Source of the DNA: a bacterium
GTDB taxonomy: Bacteria; Patescibacteriota; UBA1384; CAJBMM01
Assembly: GCA_027364665.1 (NCBI GenBank)
Contig: DAHXOW010000044.1
Location: 1-38,148, forward strand
Reading direction: 5' to 3'
DNA: 38,148 nt
The position numbers were made by a program, and so were the translations under genes. The notes below the pieces were generated by a model that searched no databases, was not told where the DNA came from, and worked only from the letters and a program-made list of their open reading frames with translations. This document shows, in pieces, positions 7,755 to 16,014 of the stretch. Numbering within the stretch: position 1 is the first letter of the stretch; each line of letters begins with the position of its first letter.

Positions 7755-8308
7755 TTTTCCCTGTTTCTCATTTGTTCCAGCAACTTTTTGCCTCGATGTA
7801 TTCTTGTCCCGACCGTCATCGTCGGTATGTGTAGAATGTCGGCAATTTCCTCATAACTTTTCTCGTTCCTGTAAAATAATAATATAGGTTCGCGATAGAC
7901 GATTGGTAAATCATCCAGATATTTGGCCAGCTTTTCCTTTAGTAACTTGTGGTCCAGGATCTCTGCATAACTATCATCTTGTTTTATCTGATATTCCACC
8001 CAAGGATGTTCGTCTACTGATATGTGGTTTGACCGCTTTTTCAGATAGTTTATCGCCTCGTTATGAGTGATGCGGTATATCCAACTGGAGAATTTCTTAT
8101 TTTGATCGAATCCGTTTAAATTACGATAAGCTTTAATAAAAGCTTCCTGAACAACATCACTCGATTCGTCAGGATTTCTGATCAGACCGGTGGCGTATCT
8201 TATTAACTTGTTCTGATACCGCTCGACAATCTGAGAATAGGCTTCCTGATCACCTTGGCAGATTATTTTTACCAACTCCTCGTCGCTTTTATCTTCCAGC
8301 TTCGACAT
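7751..8308 (-). CDS. ECF RNA polymerase sigma factor (SigW/RpoE-like)
   Basis: SDEELV..GDQEAY, DVVQEAFIKAY, FSSWIYRITHN, region 4 SYEEIADILHIPTMTVGTRIHRGK; AGGAG upstream. Confidence 0.93.
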   Translation of the reverse strand: MSKLEDKSDEELVKIICQGDQEAYSQIVERYQNKLIRYATGLIRNPDESSDVVQEAFIKAYRNLNGFDQNKKFSSWIYRITHNEAINYLKKRSNHISVDEHPWVEYQIKQDDSYAEILDHKLLKEKLAKYLDDLPIVYREPILLFYRNEKSYEEIADILHIPTMTVGTRIHRGKKLLEQMRNREK

Positions 8309-8321
8309 GGTCTCCTAAATA

Positions 8322-8343
8322 TGCTACTATAAGACTATAAGGA
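8322..8343 (+). promoter_or_regulatory. Candidate leuS extended -10 and SD with an 8-bp tandem repeat in the 46-bp divergent gap
   Basis: TG-C-TACTAT (8322-8330); ACTATAAG twice (8326-8341); AAGGA at 8339-8343. Confidence 0.4.
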
Positions 8344-8354
8344 TTATTTCAAAA

Positions 8355-10853
8355 TTGTCCAGTTATCGACCGGATATTATTGAGCCGAAATGGCAAAAAC
8401 GATGGGAAGAAGACAAGGCCTATCTTGCCGATAGAGGCAAAAACCTGCCAAAGCTTTATGTTTTGGATATGTTTCCTTACCCGTCCGGAGATGGTTTGCA
8501 TGTCGGACATTCAAGAATCTATACTGCGTCTGATTTAGTTACCAGAGCAAAAATTTTACAAGGTTACAGGGTTTTACATCCGACGGGTTGGGACGCGTTT
8601 GGTTTGCCAGCAGAAAATTATGCTATAAAAACTGGAATCCATCCCTCTGTGGCTACGGCGAAAAATATTGCCAACGCCAAAAGGCAAATGCAACTCCAAG
8701 GGTTTATGTACGATTGGTCTCGTGAAATTAATACAACCGATCCGAATTATTACCATTGGACGCAATGGATTTTTCTGCAGTTGTTTAAGCACAATTTAGC
8801 CTATGAGGCGGATGTACCTATTAACTGGTGCCCATCATGCAAAACCGGTTTGGCCAACGAAGAAGTTATAGGCGGTCGTTGTGATCGCTGCGGCAGTAAA
8901 GTTGAAAAGAAACAACTTAGCCAATGGATGTTGAAAATTACAGCATATGCCGATCGTTTGCTGGGCGGTTTGGCAAATCTGGATTGGCCGGTTTCGATTA
9001 AAAAAATGCAAGAGAATTGGATTGGAAAGTCAAACGGTGCCAATGTGCGATTTATGGTCGTAGGACGCAGTGAGGAGATTGTTGTTTTTACTACCAGGCC
9101 GGATACTCTTTTCGGCGCCACTTATTTGGTATTGGCACCGGAGCATCCTTTAGTTGATCTCCTGACGACTAAAGATCATCTGACCGAAATGCTGGTCTAT
9201 CGCAAATCTGTCGCCAATAAAACCGATTCGGAGCGAATCGAAGGAGCCGGCAATAAAGAAAAAACCGGTATTTTTACCGGCAGTTTTGCCGTTAACCCGG
9301 TTAATGGTGAACATTTACCGATATGGGTTGCCGATTATGTTCTTTCGAATTACGGGACAGGAGCGATTATGGCAGTTCCGGCCCATGACCAACGTGATCT
9401 TGAATTTGCCAAAAAATTTAAATTGCCCGTTACTAAAGTGATATTCTCATCTACCCCGATTACTACCGAAGCATATTTAGAAGACGGGTTGTTGATCAAC
9501 TCAGGGCGTTTCAACGGCTTAACGGTTGCTGAGGCGAAGAAGGCTATCGTTGAAGACTTGGAAACGCGCGGCCTGGCTGAACCTCAGACTGTTTATCGAC
9601 TAAGGGATTGGGTTTTTTCCCGCCAGCGTTATTGGGGGGAACCTATTCCTTTGATTCACTGTCCGAAATGCGGTATTGTTCCGGTTCCGGATAATGAATT
9701 GCCGTTAGTTTTGCCTGAAGTTGAAAAATACCAACCAACCGGTACCGGTCAATCACCGTTGGCCGCTATTGCTAAATGGGTTAATACGTCTTGCCCTAAA
9801 TGCGGAGGCAGGGCCAAGCGCGAAACGAACACTATGCCTCAATGGGCAGGATCAAGTTGGTATTTTTTGCGCTTTACCGATCCACACAATAACCGTGCTT
9901 TGGCTGATCAACCGTCATTGGATGCGTGGATGCCGGTAGATTTGTATCTCGGCGGTGCTGAACATGCTGTTCTCCATCTGCTGTATGCCAGGTTTTGGCA
10001 GATGTTTCTCTATGATATCGGAGTTGTTAAACAAGAAGAACCGTTTAAACAGTTAAAATCAGTTGGACTTATTTTGACCAATACCTATCGTGATCAGGAC
10101 GGCCATTACATTCACTATGATGATTTGGTTTTAGACGGCGATACCGTCTTTGATAAACGGAATGGTCATGTGCTGACTGCAGAGGTTGAAAAAATGAGTA
10201 AATCCAAAGGTAATTCCATATCACCCGATAGCATAATTACACGATACGGTTCTGATACTTTACGTGTTTATTTAATGTTTCTTGGTCCGTGGCATGAGAT
10301 GAGTGTTTTTGATTTGAATGGCATCGAAGGATCTTTCCGGTTCCTAAAGAAAGTCTATTTTTTGGCAGACAAAGTTTCTCAGGATTGCCAGTCATCAGAT
10401 GATCGTCTATTGAACCAGACAATTGATAAAGTAACAAAAGACATTGATCTGTTCCAATTTAATACAGCAGTTTCACAATTAATGATTTTGGTTAATGCGT
10501 GGCAAAAAGAAACAGCCGTTTCAGCTGACCGGTTTTCAGTATTTTTACAACTCTTGTTTCCGTTTGCGCCTCATCTGGCTGAAGAGCTTTGGCAAAAAAT
10601 CGGCCACAACGAATCAATTTTTGCTTCAAAATGGCCAGAGGCTAAGATTGGTTTTGCAGATGACACTCGTGCGGAAATCGCGGTTCAGGTTGATTCAAAA
10701 TTACGCGGTAAAATAAGTGTTAGTCAGGAAATGACCGCTGAACAAATTACCGAACTCGTTTTATCCGATGAAAAAATTGGAAGATTTGTAACTTCAAGGC
10801 AGCCTAAGGCCATTTACGTCAAAGGTCACTTAATTAATTTGCTTAACCGTTAA
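8355..10853 (+). CDS. leuS: Leucine--tRNA ligase
   Basis: MFPYPSG-LHVGH (HIGH), GWDAFGLPAEN, editing domain FTTRPDT / GTGAIMAVPAHD, KMSKS; TTG start. Confidence 0.98.
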   Translation: MSSYRPDIIEPKWQKRWEEDKAYLADRGKNLPKLYVLDMFPYPSGDGLHVGHSRIYTASDLVTRAKILQGYRVLHPTGWDAFGLPAENYAIKTGIHPSVATAKNIANAKRQMQLQGFMYDWSREINTTDPNYYHWTQWIFLQLFKHNLAYEADVPINWCPSCKTGLANEEVIGGRCDRCGSKVEKKQLSQWMLKITAYADRLLGGLANLDWPVSIKKMQENWIGKSNGANVRFMVVGRSEEIVVFTTRPDTLFGATYLVLAPEHPLVDLLTTKDHLTEMLVYRKSVANKTDSERIEGAGNKEKTGIFTGSFAVNPVNGEHLPIWVADYVLSNYGTGAIMAVPAHDQRDLEFAKKFKLPVTKVIFSSTPITTEAYLEDGLLINSGRFNGLTVAEAKKAIVEDLETRGLAEPQTVYRLRDWVFSRQRYWGEPIPLIHCPKCGIVPVPDNELPLVLPEVEKYQPTGTGQSPLAAIAKWVNTSCPKCGGRAKRETNTMPQWAGSSWYFLRFTDPHNNRALADQPSLDAWMPVDLYLGGAEHAVLHLLYARFWQMFLYDIGVVKQEEPFKQLKSVGLILTNTYRDQDGHYIHYDDLVLDGDTVFDKRNGHVLTAEVEKMSKSKGNSISPDSIITRYGSDTLRVYLMFLGPWHEMSVFDLNGIEGSFRFLKKVYFLADKVSQDCQSSDDRLLNQTIDKVTKDIDLFQFNTAVSQLMILVNAWQKETAVSADRFSVFLQLLFPFAPHLAEELWQKIGHNESIFASKWPEAKIGFADDTRAEIAVQVDSKLRGKISVSQEMTAEQITELVLSDEKIGRFVTSRQPKAIYVKGHLINLLNR

Positions 10854-10862
10854 TTATCAATA

Positions 10863-11405
10863 ATGAATCAATTTAAGCCGAATGGTTTTTCAGTCAAGAC
10901 GATATTGTCCGATCCGGATACGATTTACGATCAGGTTTGGACGCTGACGGTTAGTTATTTGCAAGAAAATTTTGCTCTTGTGACAGATAAACCAATGGAA
11001 TTGACCATCAGAGGCTTTGCCAAAGACAAAATAATTTATCTTAATTTGGCTGTTACCGGGACCATACCTTTGACTTGTTCGCGTTGCGGTGTTAGATTTC
11101 AGAAAAATATTTCAGATCAGGTGGAGCAGGAATATTCATTTGATAATCCGGACCAAGATATTTTACCCATTTCTGACCGCTTAACAGTTGATTTATCAAC
11201 CCCATTAAACGATCTTATTCAATTAGCCGTGCCGGATTTTCCTCTTCATGATCCTCGTTGCCTTGGTTTGTGTCCGGTATGCGGTATAAATTTAAATGAT
11301 TCGCCAAAACACTATACTGATTACCCTGACCATCGGCCTAATAAGGCTGATCTAGCCAACCGTCCTCATTTAAGCTATAATAGGCATGTAAAAAAAGAGG
11401 ATTAG
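10863..11405 (+). CDS. yceD: YceD/DUF177 family protein
   Basis: CSRC and CLGLCPVCGINLN motifs; canonical position just upstream of rpmF. Confidence 0.88.
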   Translation: MNQFKPNGFSVKTILSDPDTIYDQVWTLTVSYLQENFALVTDKPMELTIRGFAKDKIIYLNLAVTGTIPLTCSRCGVRFQKNISDQVEQEYSFDNPDQDILPISDRLTVDLSTPLNDLIQLAVPDFPLHDPRCLGLCPVCGINLNDSPKHYTDYPDHRPNKADLANRPHLSYNRHVKKED

Positions 11406-11407
11406 CT

Positions 11408-11584
11408 ATGGCAACCCCGAAAAAACACCTTTCGCATTCTAAAAGCGGCGGACGTAGAAGTCAGATTCATTTAAAGTTACCTGAGATTTTTTATTGCCCA
11501 AATTGTCATTATCCAAGGTTGGCTCACACGGTTTGCCCGAAATGCGGACAGTATCGTGGAAAAACCATTACCGCGAGTCATTAA
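11408..11584 (+). CDS. rpmF: 50S ribosomal protein bL32 (zinc-binding type); not in the ORF track
   Basis: Read directly: [65 protein letters not shown] upstream. Confidence 0.95.
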   Translation: MATPKKHLSHSKSGGRRSQIHLKLPEIFYCPNCHYPRLAHTVCPKCGQYRGKTITASH

Positions 11585-11585
11585 T

Positions 11586-12116
11586 ATGAATCGCCACCTG
11601 TCTCGTATCGTTGTTATGCAGACATTGTATGAGCTGGATTTTCGCCCTGATCAGAACCCTTTGGAAGCGGCTAAACGCAATCTTTCTCAGTTTGAAGCAA
11701 AAATTGATCAACAATACGTAACCGAAACTGTTGAGGCAGTTATTGCAGATTTGCCAAAAATAGATCCTCTGATTCAGCAAGCGGCTCCGGAATGGCCATT
11801 GGAACAGATTGCCGTTATTGATAAAACTATTTTGCGCTTATCAACCTATGAATTATTAATAAATCGTTCCGTTCCTCCTAAAGTTGTTATAAATGAAGCG
11901 GTGGAATTGGCAAAAACATTTGGCAGCGATAGTTCAAGTAAATTTATTAACGGGGTTTTGGGTACTTTATACCGCTCAAGCGATTTGCCTAAAGAGGATG
12001 AAGTGGATAGAATTCTTACCGAAAACGATGTAGCTTCTGATAAAGAATTGGAAAGTAACAAGCCGGTTACGGCTCACATTACACCCGAAGAAGATATTAT
12101 TGTTGAGGAGTCTTAA
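11586..12116 (+). CDS. nusB: Transcription antitermination factor NusB with an acidic C-terminal tail
   Basis: [49 protein letters not shown]; start moved to ATG 11586, just after the rpmF stop. Confidence 0.95.
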   Translation: MNRHLSRIVVMQTLYELDFRPDQNPLEAAKRNLSQFEAKIDQQYVTETVEAVIADLPKIDPLIQQAAPEWPLEQIAVIDKTILRLSTYELLINRSVPPKVVINEAVELAKTFGSDSSSKFINGVLGTLYRSSDLPKEDEVDRILTENDVASDKELESNKPVTAHITPEEDIIVEES

Positions 12117-12119
12117 AAA

Positions 12120-12842
12120 GTGTTGTTGGATAAAGATTTTTCTCCGCTTGAGCAGAAAATAAATTATCACTTTAAAGACCGCCGACTATTAAAAACAGCT
12201 TTTGTCCATCGGTCCGCCTTGAACGAACTTCATGATCATATTAATGAGCACAACGAACGCTTGGAATTTTTGGGCGACGCTGTTCTTGAGTTGATTGTTA
12301 CTGAAAATCTGTTTTTACATTACCCGAATCCTGAGGGAGAATTAACCAACTGGCGTTCCGCATTGGTTCGTGGCCAACATTTGGCAGAGAAAGCAAAGGA
12401 TTTAGGGTTTGGCGACTATCTTTATTTAAGCCATGGTGAAACAAAGAGCGGCGGAAAAGCCAAACAAATGATTTTGGCCAATACTTTTGAAGCTTTTCTA
12501 GGGGCTTTATATTTAGACGGCGGATACAAAATAGCCAAGAATTTTGTTGAACAAACGATCATTTGTCATTTGTCTGAGATTTTGGCTGAAGGATTAGATA
12601 TTGATCCCAAAAGCCGTTTTCAAGAACTTGCCCAGGAAAAATATTCTATAACCCCCGATTACAAGGTGATAAGTGAATCAGGCCCAGATCATAATAAAAT
12701 ATTTACAGTAGGAGTTTATTTGGCTGATCGTCAGGTTGCTCAAGGACAAGGTTCGTCTAAACAATATGCCCAAATTGCTGCTGCAAGATCTGCAATCAAC
12801 CAGATGTTTTCAGATTTGCAAAACCAAATTGAAAAAGCTTAG
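12120..12842 (+). CDS. rnc: Ribonuclease III
   Basis: Signature NERLEFLGDAVL, ANTFEAFLGALYLD, dsRBD DPKSRFQE...GPDH; GAGGAG SD and GTG start. Confidence 0.97.
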   Translation: MLLDKDFSPLEQKINYHFKDRRLLKTAFVHRSALNELHDHINEHNERLEFLGDAVLELIVTENLFLHYPNPEGELTNWRSALVRGQHLAEKAKDLGFGDYLYLSHGETKSGGKAKQMILANTFEAFLGALYLDGGYKIAKNFVEQTIICHLSEILAEGLDIDPKSRFQELAQEKYSITPDYKVISESGPDHNKIFTVGVYLADRQVAQGQGSSKQYAQIAAARSAINQMFSDLQNQIEKA

Positions 12843-13767
12843 TCATTTCGGTTGCCGAAGCGGTATACAGATCCTGGTAAGTTGCTCCGATAAAACCGAT
12901 TAAACGCACATTACCCTGTTTAACCGCGGTTACCAGTACGTGTCCTGCTCCTCCTTGGTTTGGATCGCTGCCGGTGCCGGTTTTGCCACCTATGACTCCG
13001 GGATAGTGATTCAAAACAAGCTGATCAGAATTATCAAGATTATAGACAATGTTTCCGGTGACATCGCTGGCTGTGTAATGAGCAGTCCCTATAACTTGAG
13101 CAATAGTCGGGTTTTCCAAATCGTAACTCATCAACTTAGCAACATCATACGGGGACGATTGGGTTCCTGCTTCGTCGTATCCCGCCGGATCCGCATAATG
13201 TGTTTCAGTTAAGCCGAGCTCCGCAGCTTTTTGATTCATCATTTTAACAAAATTATCGCTCGATCCGGCTGTAAATTCTGCTAAGGCCATAGCACAGTCA
13301 TTTCCCGAATCCAGCATCATCGCATATAGAAGATTTTTGACAGTTATCTGTTCATTTTGAACAATTCCGACCAGCGAACCTAACTGATGTGAAGCGTTAT
13401 AGGAAACGGTTACAACGCTGTTTAAGTTGTCGTGTTCTACAACCAATAGCGAAGTCATTAATTTTGTCGTTGAGGCAATCGGTCTTTTTGTATATCCGTT
13501 CTTTTCTGCTAAGACAGTAGCGGTGTCAGGATCGTAAAGCAAATAAGCTTGGGCCTGAATAAGAGAATTTAGCTGAGTGGCATTTTCAACTACCGGAACG
13601 GGTTGCGGTACCGGTAAGTGATTAATAATTGTTTGGCTGACTGTCACCTGTTGACTTGCTTGGGCCTTATCAACTAAGGGTTGTTCGATTTTCCTTGCCA
13701 AACCGCTAGCACCGACTATGTCGGCCATTAAAACGATCGATAGGATAAAATATTTAAATAACACCAC
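12796..13767 (-). CDS. D-alanyl-D-alanine carboxypeptidase (peptidase S11, PBP5/6-like)
   Basis: Signal or anchor sequence, then SxxK (IASTTKLMT), SxN (SGND) and KTG (GGKTGT) motifs. Confidence 0.92.
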   Translation of the reverse strand: MVLFKYFILSIVLMADIVGASGLARKIEQPLVDKAQASQQVTVSQTIINHLPVPQPVPVVENATQLNSLIQAQAYLLYDPDTATVLAEKNGYTKRPIASTTKLMTSLLVVEHDNLNSVVTVSYNASHQLGSLVGIVQNEQITVKNLLYAMMLDSGNDCAMALAEFTAGSSDNFVKMMNQKAAELGLTETHYADPAGYDEAGTQSSPYDVAKLMSYDLENPTIAQVIGTAHYTASDVTGNIVYNLDNSDQLVLNHYPGVIGGKTGTGSDPNQGGAGHVLVTAVKQGNVRLIGFIGATYQDLYTASATEMTKLFQFGFANLKTSG

Positions 13768-13830
13768 CTAACTCTATCATAACTAAGTCAATCGAGCCAG
13801 CTTGATAGATGATCGGCATATTTATAAATT

Positions 13831-14565
13831 TTACTCAAGTTGTCGCAATTTTTCAGAACCGAGTTTAATATACTGGCCTGGCTTAAGTCCCAGATCTTTA
13901 AGATTTAATTTACCGATTGAGGTTCTGGTTAAATCAGCCACTTCGAGACCGATTTTTTGAATCATTCGTCTGATCTGTCGGTTACGGCCTTCATGTATTT
14001 TTATTTCAATTTGTAGATGATGATCAGTTTGTTCAAGAACTTTTATTTTGGCCGGAGCGGTTCTACGATCGTCTATTATCACGCCGTTTTCCAACTTCTT
14101 TAAATTGTTTTTTAGCTGTCGTTGATCATAATTATACGGAATTGTGCAGTCAACTAAATAAGTTTTGTTGATTTGATGATCCGGTTTGGTTAAGTGATTA
14201 GCCAGCTGTCCGTCATTAGTTAACAAAATAAGACCTTTGGTTTGCCTATCGAGCCTGCCGACTGGATAGATACGTTCCGGAACTTTAATCAGATCGAGAA
14301 CGGTATTTTTAGCGTGCGGGTCACCGCGAGTCGAATCAAAACCGGCCGGTTTATACAAAGCATAAACCGTTTTTTCCGCTACTGGTTTGATTTCACGCCA
14401 ATTTTCGTCTGTTTTTATTTCGACATTATCGTTACTTGGGTCAACTGCCCTGGTGATATCGGTGACTGGCTGGCCGTTAATTTTGACTCGCCGGTTTTTT
14501 ACCCAAACCTCAGCCGCTCTTCTTGAACATACACCGGAATTTGCCAAATAGACGGACAGGCGCAT
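13831..14565 (-). CDS. rluB: RsuA/RluB-family rRNA pseudouridine synthase
   Basis: S4 domain MRLSVYLANSGVCSRR, catalytic PVGRLD, EGRNRQIRRM. The exact paralogue (RluB vs RsuA) is uncertain. Confidence 0.85.
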   Translation of the reverse strand: MRLSVYLANSGVCSRRAAEVWVKNRRVKINGQPVTDITRAVDPSNDNVEIKTDENWREIKPVAEKTVYALYKPAGFDSTRGDPHAKNTVLDLIKVPERIYPVGRLDRQTKGLILLTNDGQLANHLTKPDHQINKTYLVDCTIPYNYDQRQLKNNLKKLENGVIIDDRRTAPAKIKVLEQTDHHLQIEIKIHEGRNRQIRRMIQKIGLEVADLTRTSIGKLNLKDLGLKPGQYIKLGSEKLRQLE

Positions 14566-15986
14566 TATTCTTTAATTGTTTTTAAATGCAAGGTTTTTAA
14601 CTGTTCCGAGCCTAATTGTGAGGGCGCATTCATCATTAAATCCCGCCCGTCACCTGTTTTTGGAAAAGCTATTACCTCTCTGATTGTTTTTGTTTTAGTA
14701 AGAATCATCAAAAGACGATCAATGCCTGGAGCAATGCCACCGTGCGGAGGGCAGCCAAACGAAAAAGCTTGAAGCATGTGTCCGAAACGTTCCTCGATTG
14801 TCTTTTGATCAAGGTTAAGAGCTTTGAAAACCGCTTGTTGCTGTTGCTGATTATGAATTCTAATCGATCCTGAGCCGAGCTCGTAACCGTTTATCACGAT
14901 ATCATAACAATTTGCCCTGATTGATAACAATTCATCCTGGCTAACTTTTTCATCGTTATAAACCCGCTCCATTATTTGGTTGTATTCAGGTTTATCTTGC
15001 CAGCTAGTAAAAGGATGGTGAGCTGAGGTAATCTGCCCTGCTTTATCCAATTCAAATAATGGAAAATCGATGATAAAGGCAAAGGCAAGTTCGTCTGGAT
15101 CCTCGGGGTTTTTTCTTAGGTCAGGTTTATCGCTGTGATATTTTTCCATCGTCTGGTCCCAAGTTAGCACCGGAAAAGGAGAGGTGATTTTTTTCTCAGG
15201 AGTTATTGATTTGACAAGCTGGCTAAACATTTTTTCGCTTAAATCAAGGATATCCTTTTGTTCGACAAAGCTCATCTCCAGATCTAGTTGAGTAAATTCC
15301 GGTTGCCTGTCGCCCCGAGAATCCTCGTCTCTCATACATCTGGCAATCTGATAATACCGCTCAAAACCGGCAACCATCAATAATTGTTTGTATTGCTGAG
15401 GTGATTGAGGTAAGGCATAAGCGAAGCCGGCTTTATTACGTGACGGCACTAAATATTCTCTAGCGCCTTCCGGAGTATCTTTTGTAAGCATCGGCGTCTC
15501 AATCTCGATAAACCCTTCTTTATTCAAGTAATCTCTCAGAAAACTAATAACTTTGTGTCTCAAACTTAATCTTTGCCACATAATTGGTCGTCTCAGATCG
15601 AGATAGCGATATTTTAATCTGACTTCTTCATCTATTTCAGAATCATCATTAATTTCAAATGGCGGGGTGTTTGCCCTTGATAATATTGTGATTTCAGATA
15701 TTTGTAATTCAATTCTACCTGTTTTTAAGTCGTGATTTATTAATTTCTCGGCTCTTTTTCTAATGATTCCGCAGACTGTCAAAACGTCTTCTCGGCTTAT
15801 CGATTGTTCTTTTATTTTTTCCACAACCGCGCTCTCAAAAGCCACTGCCTGTATTAGACCGCTTCTGTCACGAATATCCAAAAAAACCAGTTTACCATGA
15901 TCGCGTCTTGATTGAACCCAGCCGGAAATAGTAACTGGCTGGTCTATTAAATCAAGTGTTTTCTCGATAAAGATTCGTTTTTCCAT
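14565..15986 (-). CDS. aspS: Aspartate--tRNA ligase (short form lacking the GAD domain; possibly non-discriminating)
   Basis: GWVQSRRDHGKLVFLDIRD, RLKYRYLDLRR, LPQSPQQYKQLLM, RQPEFTQLDLE, PPHGGIAPGIDR; 473 aa. Confidence 0.96.
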   Translation of the reverse strand: MEKRIFIEKTLDLIDQPVTISGWVQSRRDHGKLVFLDIRDRSGLIQAVAFESAVVEKIKEQSISREDVLTVCGIIRKRAEKLINHDLKTGRIELQISEITILSRANTPPFEINDDSEIDEEVRLKYRYLDLRRPIMWQRLSLRHKVISFLRDYLNKEGFIEIETPMLTKDTPEGAREYLVPSRNKAGFAYALPQSPQQYKQLLMVAGFERYYQIARCMRDEDSRGDRQPEFTQLDLEMSFVEQKDILDLSEKMFSQLVKSITPEKKITSPFPVLTWDQTMEKYHSDKPDLRKNPEDPDELAFAFIIDFPLFELDKAGQITSAHHPFTSWQDKPEYNQIMERVYNDEKVSQDELLSIRANCYDIVINGYELGSGSIRIHNQQQQQAVFKALNLDQKTIEERFGHMLQAFSFGCPPHGGIAPGIDRLLMILTKTKTIREVIAFPKTGDGRDLMMNAPSQLGSEQLKTLHLKTIKE

Positions 15987-16014
15987 AATTTTCCTCGATC
16001 CTGTTTGGATTGTT

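Noticed and set aside
11556..11585. Extended N-terminus for nusB
   Set aside because: It lies within rpmF; the conserved NusB start matches ATG 11586.
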